Below are positions 18,117 to 27,288 of a stretch of 64,000 bases of DNA, in pieces. The position numbers and the translations under genes were made by a program. The notes beneath the pieces are model-generated. The model was not told the DNA's origin. It did not search any database and saw only the letters and a program-made list of their open reading frames with translations. The stretch comes from SAR86 cluster bacterium (GTDB lineage Bacteria; Pseudomonadota; Gammaproteobacteria; Pseudomonadales; Pseudohongiellaceae). The stretch lies in assembly GCA_002402175.1 (NCBI GenBank), contig NVVJ01000011.1, positions 610 to 64,609 on the forward strand. Reading direction: 5' to 3'. Position 1 is the stretch's first letter. Each line of letters opens with the position of its first letter.

Positions 18117-18938
18117 CTATACCCGGCCCAGCGCAAATCCTTTGGCAATGTGATGTCTTACAAAATAAATCACTAAGGCACCAGGAATAATAGTCAGTAT
18201 TCCAGCTGCTGCCAATACCCCCCAATCCAGACCAGAGGCAGAAACCGTGCGCGTCATTACGGCGCTAATAGGTTTAGCATCGGTCACCGTCAGTGTTCTC
18301 GCTATTAGCAATTCTACCCAGGAAAACATGAAGCAGAAAAATGCAGCGACCCCAATACCGGAAGAGATCAAGGGCGTAAATATTTTTGTAAAAAATCGAG
18401 GAAAAGAATAGCCATCAATGTAGGCTGTTTCATCGATTTCTTTTGGAATGCCAGACATAAAGCCCTCAAGTATCCACACGGCGAGCGGTACGTTAAACAG
18501 ACAATGTGCGAGCGCTACAGCAATATGTGTATCGATAAGACCAAACGCTGAATACAGCTGAAAAAATGGTAATACGAAAACCGCCGGCGGCGCCATTCGA
18601 TTAGTCAGCAGCCAGAAGAATAAATGCTTGTCGCCGACAAACCGATAGCGAGAAAAAGCATACGCTGCCGGCAGAGCCACTCCTATTGCAATGACCATAT
18701 TCATCACAACATAGATCATGGAATTTATGTAACCGTTATACCAGGAAGGGTCAGTGAAAATCGTTTTGTAATTTTCTAAGGTAAAGTTCTGTGGCCAGAG
18801 GGTAAATGTCGACAGAATCTCCTGATTGGTTTTAAAGCTCATATTGAGTAACCAATACAGAGGAATCATTAGAAACACTATATATAGACACAGGCTCAAC
18901 GCTTTTAATCTGCTAGCCTGTTTTATAGATAAAGCCAT
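18117..18938 (-). CDS. ABC transporter permease (MalG-type; GlpQ-like)
   Basis: 273 aa, 6 TM segments, EAA-loop region IDETAYIDGYSFPRFFTKIFTPL. Confidence 0.85.
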   Translation of the reverse strand: MALSIKQASRLKALSLCLYIVFLMIPLYWLLNMSFKTNQEILSTFTLWPQNFTLENYKTIFTDPSWYNGYINSMIYVVMNMVIAIGVALPAAYAFSRYRFVGDKHLFFWLLTNRMAPPAVFVLPFFQLYSAFGLIDTHIAVALAHCLFNVPLAVWILEGFMSGIPKEIDETAYIDGYSFPRFFTKIFTPLISSGIGVAAFFCFMFSWVELLIARTLTVTDAKPISAVMTRTVSASGLDWGVLAAAGILTIIPGALVIYFVRHHIAKGFALGRV

Positions 18939-19828
18939 TATGATCTGCCTTTGGCTGACGCAGACTGCTCTTCATTATCATCAATGGTCATGACCGTATA
19001 GAACACCCAACTGACCAGCAAAATAATGAGAAAGTAAATTAGAGACATTGCCGCTGCGGGGCCTAGGTCAAACTGCCCTATCGCCATCTGCACTAAATCT
19101 ATCGAAAGAAAGGTAGTTGCATTGCCTGGCCCGCCACCGGTGACGACAAAGGGTTCGGTGTAAATCATGAATGAATCCATAAACCGAAGTAATAATGCGA
19201 TTACCAACACACGCTTAATTTTAGGCAGTTGAATATAGCGGAATATCGCCCAACGAGAAGCGCCATCAATACGAGCAGCCTGATAATAAACCTCCGGAAT
19301 CGCTGCCAGCCCGGAATAACATAGCAATACAACCAGGCTGGTCCAGTGCCAAACATCCATGGCAATCAAGGTAAGCCAGGCATCTAAGGTATCTTGCGTA
19401 TAGTTATAGTCAATTCCAAGGCTCGCCAAAGTATGCCCGAGCAAGCCTATATCGACCCTGCCAAAAACCTGCCAGATAGTGCCAACAACATTCCAGGGTA
19501 TTAGTAGCGGCAATGCCATTAGCACCAGGCAAACCGACACTCCTATTCCTCGTCTTGGCATAGCCAGTGCCACTGCGATTCCTAACGGTATTTCTATGGC
19601 GAGAATCAGACCGGAAAAAAGCAGAGTCCGCATCAAGGCGTTATGAAAACGCTCAGATGCCAATATTTCTTGAAACCACTCCATGCCCACCCAGAAGAAT
19701 TCATTATTTCCAAACGTGTCTTGCACTGAGTAGTTCACCACAGTCATTAATGGAATAATGGCGCTAATGGCGACTAATACCAATACAGGTAGAACCATGA
19801 ACCAGGCTTTGTTGTTTTGAACTTTCAT
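18938..19828 (-). CDS. ABC transporter permease (MalF-type; GlpP-like)
   Basis: 296 aa, 6 TM segments, EAA-loop YQAARIDGASRWAIFRYIQLP. Overlaps the next gene by 1 nt. Confidence 0.85.
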   Translation of the reverse strand: MKVQNNKAWFMVLPVLVLVAISAIIPLMTVVNYSVQDTFGNNEFFWVGMEWFQEILASERFHNALMRTLLFSGLILAIEIPLGIAVALAMPRRGIGVSVCLVLMALPLLIPWNVVGTIWQVFGRVDIGLLGHTLASLGIDYNYTQDTLDAWLTLIAMDVWHWTSLVVLLCYSGLAAIPEVYYQAARIDGASRWAIFRYIQLPKIKRVLVIALLLRFMDSFMIYTEPFVVTGGGPGNATTFLSIDLVQMAIGQFDLGPAAAMSLIYFLIILLVSWVFYTVMTIDDNEEQSASAKGRS

Positions 19829-19847
19829 TTTCTGTTATTTTTCATTA

Positions 19848-20927
19848 TTAGTTATTGTCAGCCACTCGATAGTCATTGGCATACAGATTAATCTTGTCTA
19901 TATCAAAAATAACTTTAGGAGACTCTGGAATCGCAACACCTTCGCTCACAATAATATTGATCTCAATGCCTTCTAATCTGGCGCGCAAAATTACGTGCCT
20001 CCCTACATCCTCGATAGCAACAACCTCAACCGACATTCCTGTCTCGGCGCTCAATTGAATATGCTCAGGCCTCACACCAATCTCGAACTTCTCACCTGTG
20101 TTATTTATTGTTCGCTGAAGGTTTATTCTAATACCACCAATCAAAACCTCTGAACCCTCTATCTGGCACGGCAATACATTCATGCCTGGAGAACCGATGA
20201 ATTTGCCAACAAAGGTATGTCCGGGTTGTTCAAATAATTGTTGCGGGGTTCCTATTTGGACAATTGAACCCTCGTGCATAACGATTACTTTATCAGCAAA
20301 GGTCAGGGCTTCTGTCTGGTCATGAGTGACATATATCATGGTGTGTTTAAATTGTTGATGGATTTTTTTTAGCTCAGTCCGTAATTGCCATTTAAGGTGC
20401 GGATCGATTACTGTCAAAGGCTCGTCAAAAAGAATAGCCTTAACATCTGTTCGAACCAAACCTCTTCCTAGAGATATTTTCTGTTTGTCATCTGCATTTA
20501 GGCTTCTTGCTCTGCTGTCAGCCCTTGAGTCCAGGCCGAGCATTGACAGCACGGTCTTCACCCGCGATTCGATTTCCGCTGCAGCCATACCCCGGTTTCG
20601 CAAGGGAAATGCCAGGTTTTCCGCGACTGTCATGGTGTCGTAAACAACCGGAAACTGAAAAACCTGAGCAATATTTCGCTGCTCAGGAATTAGGTCGGTT
20701 ACATCAACATCATCAAACAATATCCGGCCTTCGGTCGGTTTTATTAAACCTGAAATAATATTAAGCAGTGTTGTTTTCCCACAACCCGACGGCCCCAGTA
20801 ATGCATAAGCTCCACCATCTTGCCAACACTGATTAAGTGAATTTACCGCGTAGTCGGCCGGTTTAATAATCCCAGCTGATTTATCATTGTAGCTGTGGGC
20901 AATGCCCTGAAGTTTTATAGTGGCCAT
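19848..20927 (-). CDS. ABC transporter ATP-binding protein (GlpT-like, MalK family)
   Basis: Walker A GPSGCGKTT, Walker B ILFDEPL, H-loop YVTHD, C-terminal TOBE-like domain. Confidence 0.9.
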   Translation of the reverse strand: MATIKLQGIAHSYNDKSAGIIKPADYAVNSLNQCWQDGGAYALLGPSGCGKTTLLNIISGLIKPTEGRILFDDVDVTDLIPEQRNIAQVFQFPVVYDTMTVAENLAFPLRNRGMAAAEIESRVKTVLSMLGLDSRADSRARSLNADDKQKISLGRGLVRTDVKAILFDEPLTVIDPHLKWQLRTELKKIHQQFKHTMIYVTHDQTEALTFADKVIVMHEGSIVQIGTPQQLFEQPGHTFVGKFIGSPGMNVLPCQIEGSEVLIGGIRINLQRTINNTGEKFEIGVRPEHIQLSAETGMSVEVVAIEDVGRHVILRARLEGIEINIIVSEGVAIPESPKVIFDIDKINLYANDYRVADNN

Positions 20928-20929
20928 TG

Positions 20930-22021
20930 CTACTGTTCCGGTGACAATTCGTTAGCGCAGTGCTCGACCACCAGCTTATCGTGGCTATCAAAAACTAGCA
21001 CGTCACGAGGCCGCACATAGAAACGGACAATTTCATTCTCTGAAAATTCTTCAATACCGTGTAGAAGCGCCACCCATGGTCTGTTTTCAAACTCAAAATG
21101 CACGAAGCTTTCGGAGCCGGTGATTTCAGTAACAGTGACTGAACCGTTAAGCGCAATATCATCAGTCCCCATTTTTTCGAGCCTCAAATGATGCGGCCTA
21201 ATACCCAGAGTGTAGTCTCCATTGGCAAGAGAATTGAATGGCAGATCTATTATCTGCTTGTTTCCTTGAATTTGAAGTTTGCCAGCACTGCATTCCAAAG
21301 CAGTAATGTTCAGCGGCGGATCGGAGAATATTTCTGCGGAGCGTAACGCCTCTGGATGTCGATACAATTCCAAAGTTGATCCGAATTGCGCAATCTTGCC
21401 CTGATGCATACAGGCTGTGTTGCCACCAAGTAATAAAGCCTCCGTTGGCTCTGTCGTGGCATAAACCAGAACAGCCCCCATCTCTGCAAACAACACAGGC
21501 AGTTCAGCACGCAGCTCTTCTCGCAGTTTGTAGTCCAGATTAGCCAGTGGTTCATCGAGAAGCACCAGATCCGCCTGGCGTATTAATGCGCGAGCAAGTG
21601 CCACTCGCTGTTGCTGGCCTCCCGAAAGAGAGTCTGGTGTACGTTGCAATACCGCCTGCAACTGCAACAACTCAGCTACTTCATCAACGCGTTTTACAAT
21701 CTGGCTTTTTTCTACTCTAGCCACACGAAGTGGCGAAGCGATATTTTCAAAGACAGTCAAACTGGGGTAGTTAATAAACTGTTGATACACCATTGCCACG
21801 TTACGCTTTTGTACCGGCATTCCCAACACGGACTTTCCATCAAAACGAACGTCGCCTGAGTCTGGTTTATCCAATCCGGCCATAACTCGCATCAGTGAAG
21901 TTTTACCTGACAAGGTAGGGCCTAACAATATATTTAACTCGCCGCGATTGAGGCGAAGGCTGACATTATCAAGATAGACTTCATCACCGATCTTGCGTGA
22001 AATATTCTGCAACTCAAGCAT
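20930..22021 (-). CDS. ABC transporter ATP-binding protein (GlpS-like, MalK family)
   Basis: Walker A GPTLSGKTS, signature LSGGQQQR, Walker B VLLDEPL. Confidence 0.9.
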   Translation of the reverse strand: MLELQNISRKIGDEVYLDNVSLRLNRGELNILLGPTLSGKTSLMRVMAGLDKPDSGDVRFDGKSVLGMPVQKRNVAMVYQQFINYPSLTVFENIASPLRVARVEKSQIVKRVDEVAELLQLQAVLQRTPDSLSGGQQQRVALARALIRQADLVLLDEPLANLDYKLREELRAELPVLFAEMGAVLVYATTEPTEALLLGGNTACMHQGKIAQFGSTLELYRHPEALRSAEIFSDPPLNITALECSAGKLQIQGNKQIIDLPFNSLANGDYTLGIRPHHLRLEKMGTDDIALNGSVTVTEITGSESFVHFEFENRPWVALLHGIEEFSENEIVRFYVRPRDVLVFDSHDKLVVEHCANELSPEQ

Positions 22022-22036
22022 CAGGGTTCCGGTGAC

Positions 22037-23605
22037 TCAGCTAGGAGGGAAGGATTGCTCGATATAGTTAGCCAAAGAAGTACGCTCACTGCGACTAAAA
22101 CCATAACCTAGTTTTGACCTGCGCCACAGGATATCGTCTGCGGTCTTCGCCCATTCGTTATTGCATAAATAGTCGACTTCTTTCTGGTACAAGTTTTGGC
22201 CAAACTTAACTCCAAGGTCTTCAGTGCCTTTGGCATCGCCCAAAATTTCAAAACTTATAGTGCCATAGCTATTTTGCCAGCGGCTAATGATATCCGGTCC
22301 TAGCCAGGCGTAGCGCGAAGTTAACTGTCCGAATAGGTTCTCTGGCAAATCAAAGTCTCCACCTGGAAGCTTGGCCTTACTAGTCCAGGCAGGCCCCATA
22401 TCCGGGAAAATGCCTTGTAGTTTATTCATCGCTTCCTCGGCAAGAATACGATATGTAGTTACTTTTCCGCCATAGATCGACAACAATGGATGCGGCTGAG
22501 TACCAAGCTCCAAACGGTAGTCTCTTGACACACTACTGGCATCTTTTCCCAGCTCTTCGATTAGAGGCCGCACGCCGGCAAAGCTGTAAACAATGTCTGA
22601 ACGCAGTATTGATTTTTTGAAATACAGATTCACTATTGAAATTAGATAAGTAATTTCTTCATTGGATATCTCTGCCTGATCGGGGTCGCCAGTAAATTCC
22701 TGGTCAGTGGTTCCCACTAAAGAATACTTCTGCAAATAAGGAATAACAAATATTACTCTGCCATCGTGATGTTGCAGCAGGTAAGCCTGTTTCCCTGAGT
22801 GAATTCGCGGCACAACTATGTGGCTACCTTTAACCATCCGAATGTTGTGAGCCGCAGCTTGTTTGACGATGTTTTTCTCGACAGACGCCACCCAGGGCCC
22901 CGTAGCATTAACTATGGCCTTAACATTGAGTTTGGTATCAACATTGCTGTCCTTATTGCTTAAAGTGACGCTCCAACCTTGATCGCCAGCTTCAATGGCT
23001 GTGCATTCGGTTCGAGTTTGTATGTTAGCGCCATGCTTTTTAGCCTGTAGAGCATTAAGTACCACCAGCCGTGAATCATCAACCTGAGCATCCCAGTACT
23101 CGAAGCCATGTCGAATCGCGGAATTTAAGGGGCCATCGTCGTCCATTCGAATGCCTCGAGAGCGTCCAAAGCGTTTACGACTTGCGAGGTTGTCATACAA
23201 AAACAGACCCGCTCTTAACAATAAACCACTTCGAGAATGGGGCAATTGTGGAATATGAAAAGCCATTGGCTGAATAACATGAGGTGCTGCCTCTATTAGT
23301 AACTCTCTTTCTTTAAGTGATTTTCTCACCATGGCGAATTCATAGTTTTCGAGGTATCTCAATCCACCATGAATCAATTTGCTACTACTGGAAGATGTCG
23401 CCGAAGCCAAATCGGCTTTTTCGCAGAGAACAACATCTAAGCCGCGCCCGGAAGCATCGGCTGCGATGCCAACACCATTGATTCCCCCGCCTATAATCAG
23501 GAGGTCATGTGAATTTTGTGATTGAGTCACTTCAGATCTTCTAGTCTTTAAACAGTGCAGGCTTATCTCTAATAATTCCGAAAGTTGGGTTAACGCGCCC
23601 AACAT
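22037..23605 (-). CDS. glpD: Aerobic glycerol-3-phosphate dehydrogenase (FAD)
   Basis: FAD motif DLLIIGGGINGVGIAADASGRGL and family-typical length. The true start may be the GTG at 23530 (VTQSQNSHDLLIIGGG). Confidence 0.9.
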   Translation of the reverse strand: MLGALTQLSELLEISLHCLKTRRSEVTQSQNSHDLLIIGGGINGVGIAADASGRGLDVVLCEKADLASATSSSSSKLIHGGLRYLENYEFAMVRKSLKERELLIEAAPHVIQPMAFHIPQLPHSRSGLLLRAGLFLYDNLASRKRFGRSRGIRMDDDGPLNSAIRHGFEYWDAQVDDSRLVVLNALQAKKHGANIQTRTECTAIEAGDQGWSVTLSNKDSNVDTKLNVKAIVNATGPWVASVEKNIVKQAAAHNIRMVKGSHIVVPRIHSGKQAYLLQHHDGRVIFVIPYLQKYSLVGTTDQEFTGDPDQAEISNEEITYLISIVNLYFKKSILRSDIVYSFAGVRPLIEELGKDASSVSRDYRLELGTQPHPLLSIYGGKVTTYRILAEEAMNKLQGIFPDMGPAWTSKAKLPGGDFDLPENLFGQLTSRYAWLGPDIISRWQNSYGTISFEILGDAKGTEDLGVKFGQNLYQKEVDYLCNNEWAKTADDILWRRSKLGYGFSRSERTSLANYIEQSFPPS

Positions 23606-23724
23606 TCGAACGCTTAGTGTAACATGGCTATTCGTTGCTTATCAGCTCAAACAACTAGATCCAGCGCTGATCAGAAACTTGCCATCACACTCATTTGATA
23701 AACAAATTTTGGCGATTCTTGTGC

Positions 23725-25224
23725 ATGAGTAAATTGATTCTCTCTATCGACCAGGGCACTACAAGTAGTCGTGCGATCGTTTTCGATGACAATGGCAATC
23801 GGCGCGGCGTGGGCCAACAGGAATTCACCCAGCATTTCCCCGCCAACGGCTGGGTTGAGCATGATGTTGCTGACATATGGCAAACCACTCTTCAGAGCTG
23901 CCAAATGGCCTTAAGCGATGCAGGGGTTCCTGCGGAATCCATTCACTGCATTGGCATCACCAATCAAAGAGAAACCACCATTGTCTGGGATAGGCAATCA
24001 GGGGAGCCCATCTACAATGCGATTGTATGGCAGGATCGCCGTACCAGTGAATACTGTGAACAACTAAAGCTCAAAAAAGACAAGCTGGGCAACGCGCTGG
24101 AAAAATCCATTCAGGAAAAAACCGGCCTCCTGATTGACCCGTATTTTTCAGCTACCAAAATTCGATGGATTCTTGAAGAAGTTCCCGGCGCACGACAAAA
24201 AGCTGAAAATGGGGAGCTAATTTTTGGCACGGTTGATTGCTTCCTTCTCTGGAAATTAACAAACGGCAAACAACATTGTACCGATGCAACCAATGCCTCG
24301 CGCACCATGTTGTTCGACATCCGTCAACAGCAGTGGGATGAAGAGTTACTTGAGATATTCGACATACCCGCAAGTATGCTACCTGAGGTTAAAGATTGCA
24401 CCGCGGACTTTGGTTACACCGAAGCAAATTTACTAGGCGCAGAAATTCCCATTACCGGTCTAATTGGTGATCAACAAGCGGCTGCATTTGGACAATGTTG
24501 TTTTCAGGAAGGAATGGCAAAAAGCACCTATGGCACAGGTTGCTTCCTTTTGCTGAATACAGGAAAAAGCATACTGAAATCGGAGAATCGCTTATTAAGC
24601 ACTGTAGCCTACAGACTTTCGGGCGAAACCACCTACGCTATTGAAGGCAGCATTTTCATGGCAGGGGCTACCATGCAATGGATACGTGATGGCCTAAAGC
24701 TGATTGACAACGCCGCTGAATCAGAGGCTCTGGCCAGAGAAACAACAGACGATCTTAGCGTGTATCTTGTTCCCGCGTTCACAGGACTAGGGGCACCCTA
24801 CTGGGACCCACATGCTCGTGGCGCATTGTATGGATTGACCCGAGACACCGGCATAAAGGAAGTGGTTACCGCCGCACTTCTATCTGTATGCTACCAAAGT
24901 AAAGATCTGGTAGAAGCTATAGCGGCAGATGGTGCAATTGTAAAAAGCCTTCGTGTTGACGGCGGCATGGCAAACAACAACTATGTTATGCAAAAACTGG
25001 CAGATATTCTCGATTGCCAGATTCACAGGCCAGAAATTACAGAAACCACCGCACTGGGCGCAGCCTACGTAGCCGGCTTGCAGGCTGGCGTTTTTGATTC
25101 ACTTGAATCTATCAGTCAGATGTGGAATCTGGACCAATCCTTCCAGTCAGAGAAAGGTACATCCTGGCGAGATCGACAATACAAGGGCTGGCTAGATGCC
25201 GTCGAACGCACCAGGGTAAAATGA
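23725..25224 (+). CDS. glpK: Glycerol kinase
   Basis: The [22 protein letters not shown]-terminus and FGGY kinase motifs throughout. ATG 23725 preferred over the track start 23695. Divergent from glpD. Confidence 0.95.
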   Translation: MSKLILSIDQGTTSSRAIVFDDNGNRRGVGQQEFTQHFPANGWVEHDVADIWQTTLQSCQMALSDAGVPAESIHCIGITNQRETTIVWDRQSGEPIYNAIVWQDRRTSEYCEQLKLKKDKLGNALEKSIQEKTGLLIDPYFSATKIRWILEEVPGARQKAENGELIFGTVDCFLLWKLTNGKQHCTDATNASRTMLFDIRQQQWDEELLEIFDIPASMLPEVKDCTADFGYTEANLLGAEIPITGLIGDQQAAAFGQCCFQEGMAKSTYGTGCFLLLNTGKSILKSENRLLSTVAYRLSGETTYAIEGSIFMAGATMQWIRDGLKLIDNAAESEALARETTDDLSVYLVPAFTGLGAPYWDPHARGALYGLTRDTGIKEVVTAALLSVCYQSKDLVEAIAADGAIVKSLRVDGGMANNNYVMQKLADILDCQIHRPEITETTALGAAYVAGLQAGVFDSLESISQMWNLDQSFQSEKGTSWRDRQYKGWLDAVERTRVK

Positions 25225-25293
25225 CCAACCTATTGTAAACTTTATGTATAACTCACGTACTACGTACCACCTACCCGCTGGAGAGCTATTGAT

Positions 25294-25920
25294 ATGGAAC
25301 TACATTTAATTCGTCATGGGCAAACCAACTGGAATGAAGAGCGCCGGGTACAGGGACAAAGTGAATCAACCTTAACCGAGCGGGGCATACAGCAAGCAAA
25401 ACAGCTTGGAGAACGTATCACTCATTTAAAGTTCGACCAGGTCTTTTGTAGCAGTAGCGTGCGCACCCGGCAAACCGCAGACCACGTATTTGCAAATCGA
25501 AATTTTAATATTGAATATCTAGATTCACTACGCGAAATTTTCCTTGGTTCATGGGAAGGCCATTTGTACGATGATATTGCGGATAGAGAGCCAGACTCAC
25601 ACCGACATTTTTGGGAACAACCACATTTATTTAATGTTGAAGGCGCTGAAACTTTCTTCGACCTGCAGAATCGTGCGGTTAAAGCAGTTAGCAAGATGGC
25701 TACAGATTTTAATCAGAAAAAAATCGCCATTGTCAGCCATGGCGCACTAATAAAATCCTTTTTAAGCCATGTAGAAGGCAGGGCAATGGAAAACTTATGG
25801 GCGCCACCAAAAATGCATAATTGCGCCCACAGCATTGTCGAGATTAAATTTGATAAAGAAAACCAATTAGAAGGGAAAATTGTACAATACGCTGATCAGA
25901 ACGTAGGAAATAAGAATTGA
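25294..25920 (+). CDS. Histidine phosphatase family protein (GpmB-like)
   Basis: RHG motif LIRHGQTNWN and second catalytic His in VSHGALIK. Confidence 0.8.
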   Translation: MELHLIRHGQTNWNEERRVQGQSESTLTERGIQQAKQLGERITHLKFDQVFCSSSVRTRQTADHVFANRNFNIEYLDSLREIFLGSWEGHLYDDIADREPDSHRHFWEQPHLFNVEGAETFFDLQNRAVKAVSKMATDFNQKKIAIVSHGALIKSFLSHVEGRAMENLWAPPKMHNCAHSIVEIKFDKENQLEGKIVQYADQNVGNKN

Positions 25921-26402
25921 ACCCAATCAAGAAAAATATGACACTGTTTTCCGCAATCGCAATCAGTGTTCTAGGAATATCTCAGCTGATTGGTTATTGG
26001 GTAAACAGCAATATTGCGCTCAATACCTCTGTTGAAATAAATAGCCTAATCCATTTTACCCACATTCGTAATTACGGCGGCGTATTCGGTATGCTGCAAG
26101 GCATGGGCTGGGTTTTTGGTGTTATTAGTGTTGGCTTGCTGGTCGCGGTTGTCGCTTACCTGTGGTTTAGCAAATCAATTCAACGCGTAGAGTATATATG
26201 TTTTGGATTCATTGTTGGCGGTGGCGCCAGCAACATACTTGATCGCTTTATTTATGGTAGCGTTATCGACTTCATCGATATACAGCACATTCCATATTGG
26301 AATTATATCTTTAACACTGCCGATGTCATGGTGCATGTCGGCATCTGGCCTTTATTGTTTTTTAGTTTCTTCAACAAGCAAGAAAACACAGGTCAAAACT
26401 AA
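25917..26402 (+). CDS. Signal peptidase II (LspA)-family protein, probably a paralog
   Basis: 4 TM segments. LspA blocks NYGGVFGM, GGGASNILDR, VIDFIDI and FNTADV (both catalytic Asp positions retained). The start is either TTG 25917 (AGGAA 8 nt upstream, overlaps the upstream stop) or ATG 25938. Confidence 0.65.
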   Translation: MNPIKKNMTLFSAIAISVLGISQLIGYWVNSNIALNTSVEINSLIHFTHIRNYGGVFGMLQGMGWVFGVISVGLLVAVVAYLWFSKSIQRVEYICFGFIVGGGASNILDRFIYGSVIDFIDIQHIPYWNYIFNTADVMVHVGIWPLLFFSFFNKQENTGQN

Positions 26403-26433
26403 ACTGTATTCAAGCCGCTTTGAGATAGTTCAT

Positions 26434-26468
26434 AAAAAAACCCGACTGCCATTAAGCAATCGGGTTTT
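26434..26468. terminator. Bidirectional rho-independent terminator between the convergent lspA-like and pilin genes
   Basis: AAAAAAA-CCCGACTGC-cattaa-GCAATCGGG-TTTT. The 9-bp stem has one mismatch and is flanked by an A-run and a T-run. Confidence 0.6.
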
Positions 26469-26496
26469 GGAACTACTACTAGTTAATAGTCAGTAA

Positions 26497-27168
26497 CTAT
26501 ATTCTGTAGCAAATTGTATACACGTTGTCTTCAGAGTATAGCGCAGCAAGAACAGCATTATTAGGATTAGTATTGACACCACCACCACCTAAAGTAGCTC
26601 GCAATCTACCAGTCGCACCTAAACCATCGTCAAGCTCACCGTCAATGGATATAGCTGCAGAACCAGGCACCTGACTCAGGCACACTTTAGTTCCTGTAAG
26701 ATTACCACCCATATTGGATGTAGTGACGCCCATGAGTCCGCCCCAGGGGTTTGTAGGTAACGCTAGAACGCCTGCGTCAGCCGGGTTGCCAGAAATAAAT
26801 CCTGCGGCTCTCAAATGCTGCCAGAATTCCTGCGCCTCACCCGCGCCATTAAAAACCTGATTGGTCGCAATTTCTAATCGACCATCGGCATCACCGGCGC
26901 TGACAGCGGCCCATGCAGAACCACGAGCGGCAAGAGTTGCAGCGGGCCCGTCGTCACCCGGAAGGCGGCCATATCTATCTTGATAGGCAAAAAGTGCTGC
27001 GGCTGATCCATTCATGTCTTTCACGGCCTGCTTCACTCGTGAATTGGCAATCAATTCTTGACCTTGCAAAACTCCGCCAACCAAAAGGCCTATAATGACC
27101 AGTACGATGGCTATTTCGATTAGAGTAAAACCCTGTTGCTTCTTCATTGACTTCATTGAACGTTTCAT
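26497..27168 (-). CDS. Prepilin-type (pseudo)pilin, candidate major subunit of the filament locus
   Basis: Class III signal KKQQG/FTLIEIAIVLVIIGLLVGGV. GspG-like YQDRYGRLPGDD. Two C-terminal Cys residues (VCLSQ...TICYRI) could form a D-region disulfide. A shorter leader is possible from ATG 27147. Confidence 0.8.
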   Translation of the reverse strand: MKRSMKSMKKQQGFTLIEIAIVLVIIGLLVGGVLQGQELIANSRVKQAVKDMNGSAAALFAYQDRYGRLPGDDGPAATLAARGSAWAAVSAGDADGRLEIATNQVFNGAGEAQEFWQHLRAAGFISGNPADAGVLALPTNPWGGLMGVTTSNMGGNLTGTKVCLSQVPGSAAISIDGELDDGLGATGRLRATLGGGGVNTNPNNAVLAALYSEDNVYTICYRI

Positions 27169-27230
27169 CGATTTTATCCCCTCGGAATAAAGTTTAACTA
27201 TTTAAAATTCAGTAATTTTTCAGCGTTATT

Positions 27231-27273
27231 CTCAACTGTGACGCCACTATATCTATCGTCCACAAGTGGCGCA
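27231..27273 (-). promoter_or_regulatory. Cluster of CGCCAC/GTGGCG repeats and a weak -24/-12-like element upstream of the pilin gene
   Basis: Minus strand TTGCGCCAC-TT-GTGGAC-GATAGATATA-GTGGCG-TCACAGTTGAG. This gives the inverted repeat CGCCAC/GTGGCG and TGGCGT-N5-TTGAG, in which the conserved -12 GC is not kept. Confidence 0.3.
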
Positions 27274-27288
27274 ATATGTAGGTTTTTT

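Noticed and set aside
18034-18225. N-terminal 64 codons of the 911-aa track ORF
   Set aside because: This part overlaps the upstream permease gene by 109 nt and encodes a Cys/Gly-rich non-signal sequence. The internal ATG at 18033 gives a clean signal peptide, so the extension is treated as non-coding.
23531-23724. Possible GlpR operator in the glpD-glpK divergent region (AACATTCGAACG, CTGATCAG palindrome)
   Set aside because: The match to the enteric GlpR half-site I remember (ATGTTCG) is only partial, no glpR gene is in the window, and short palindromes like CTGATCAG are common. The support is too weak to call.
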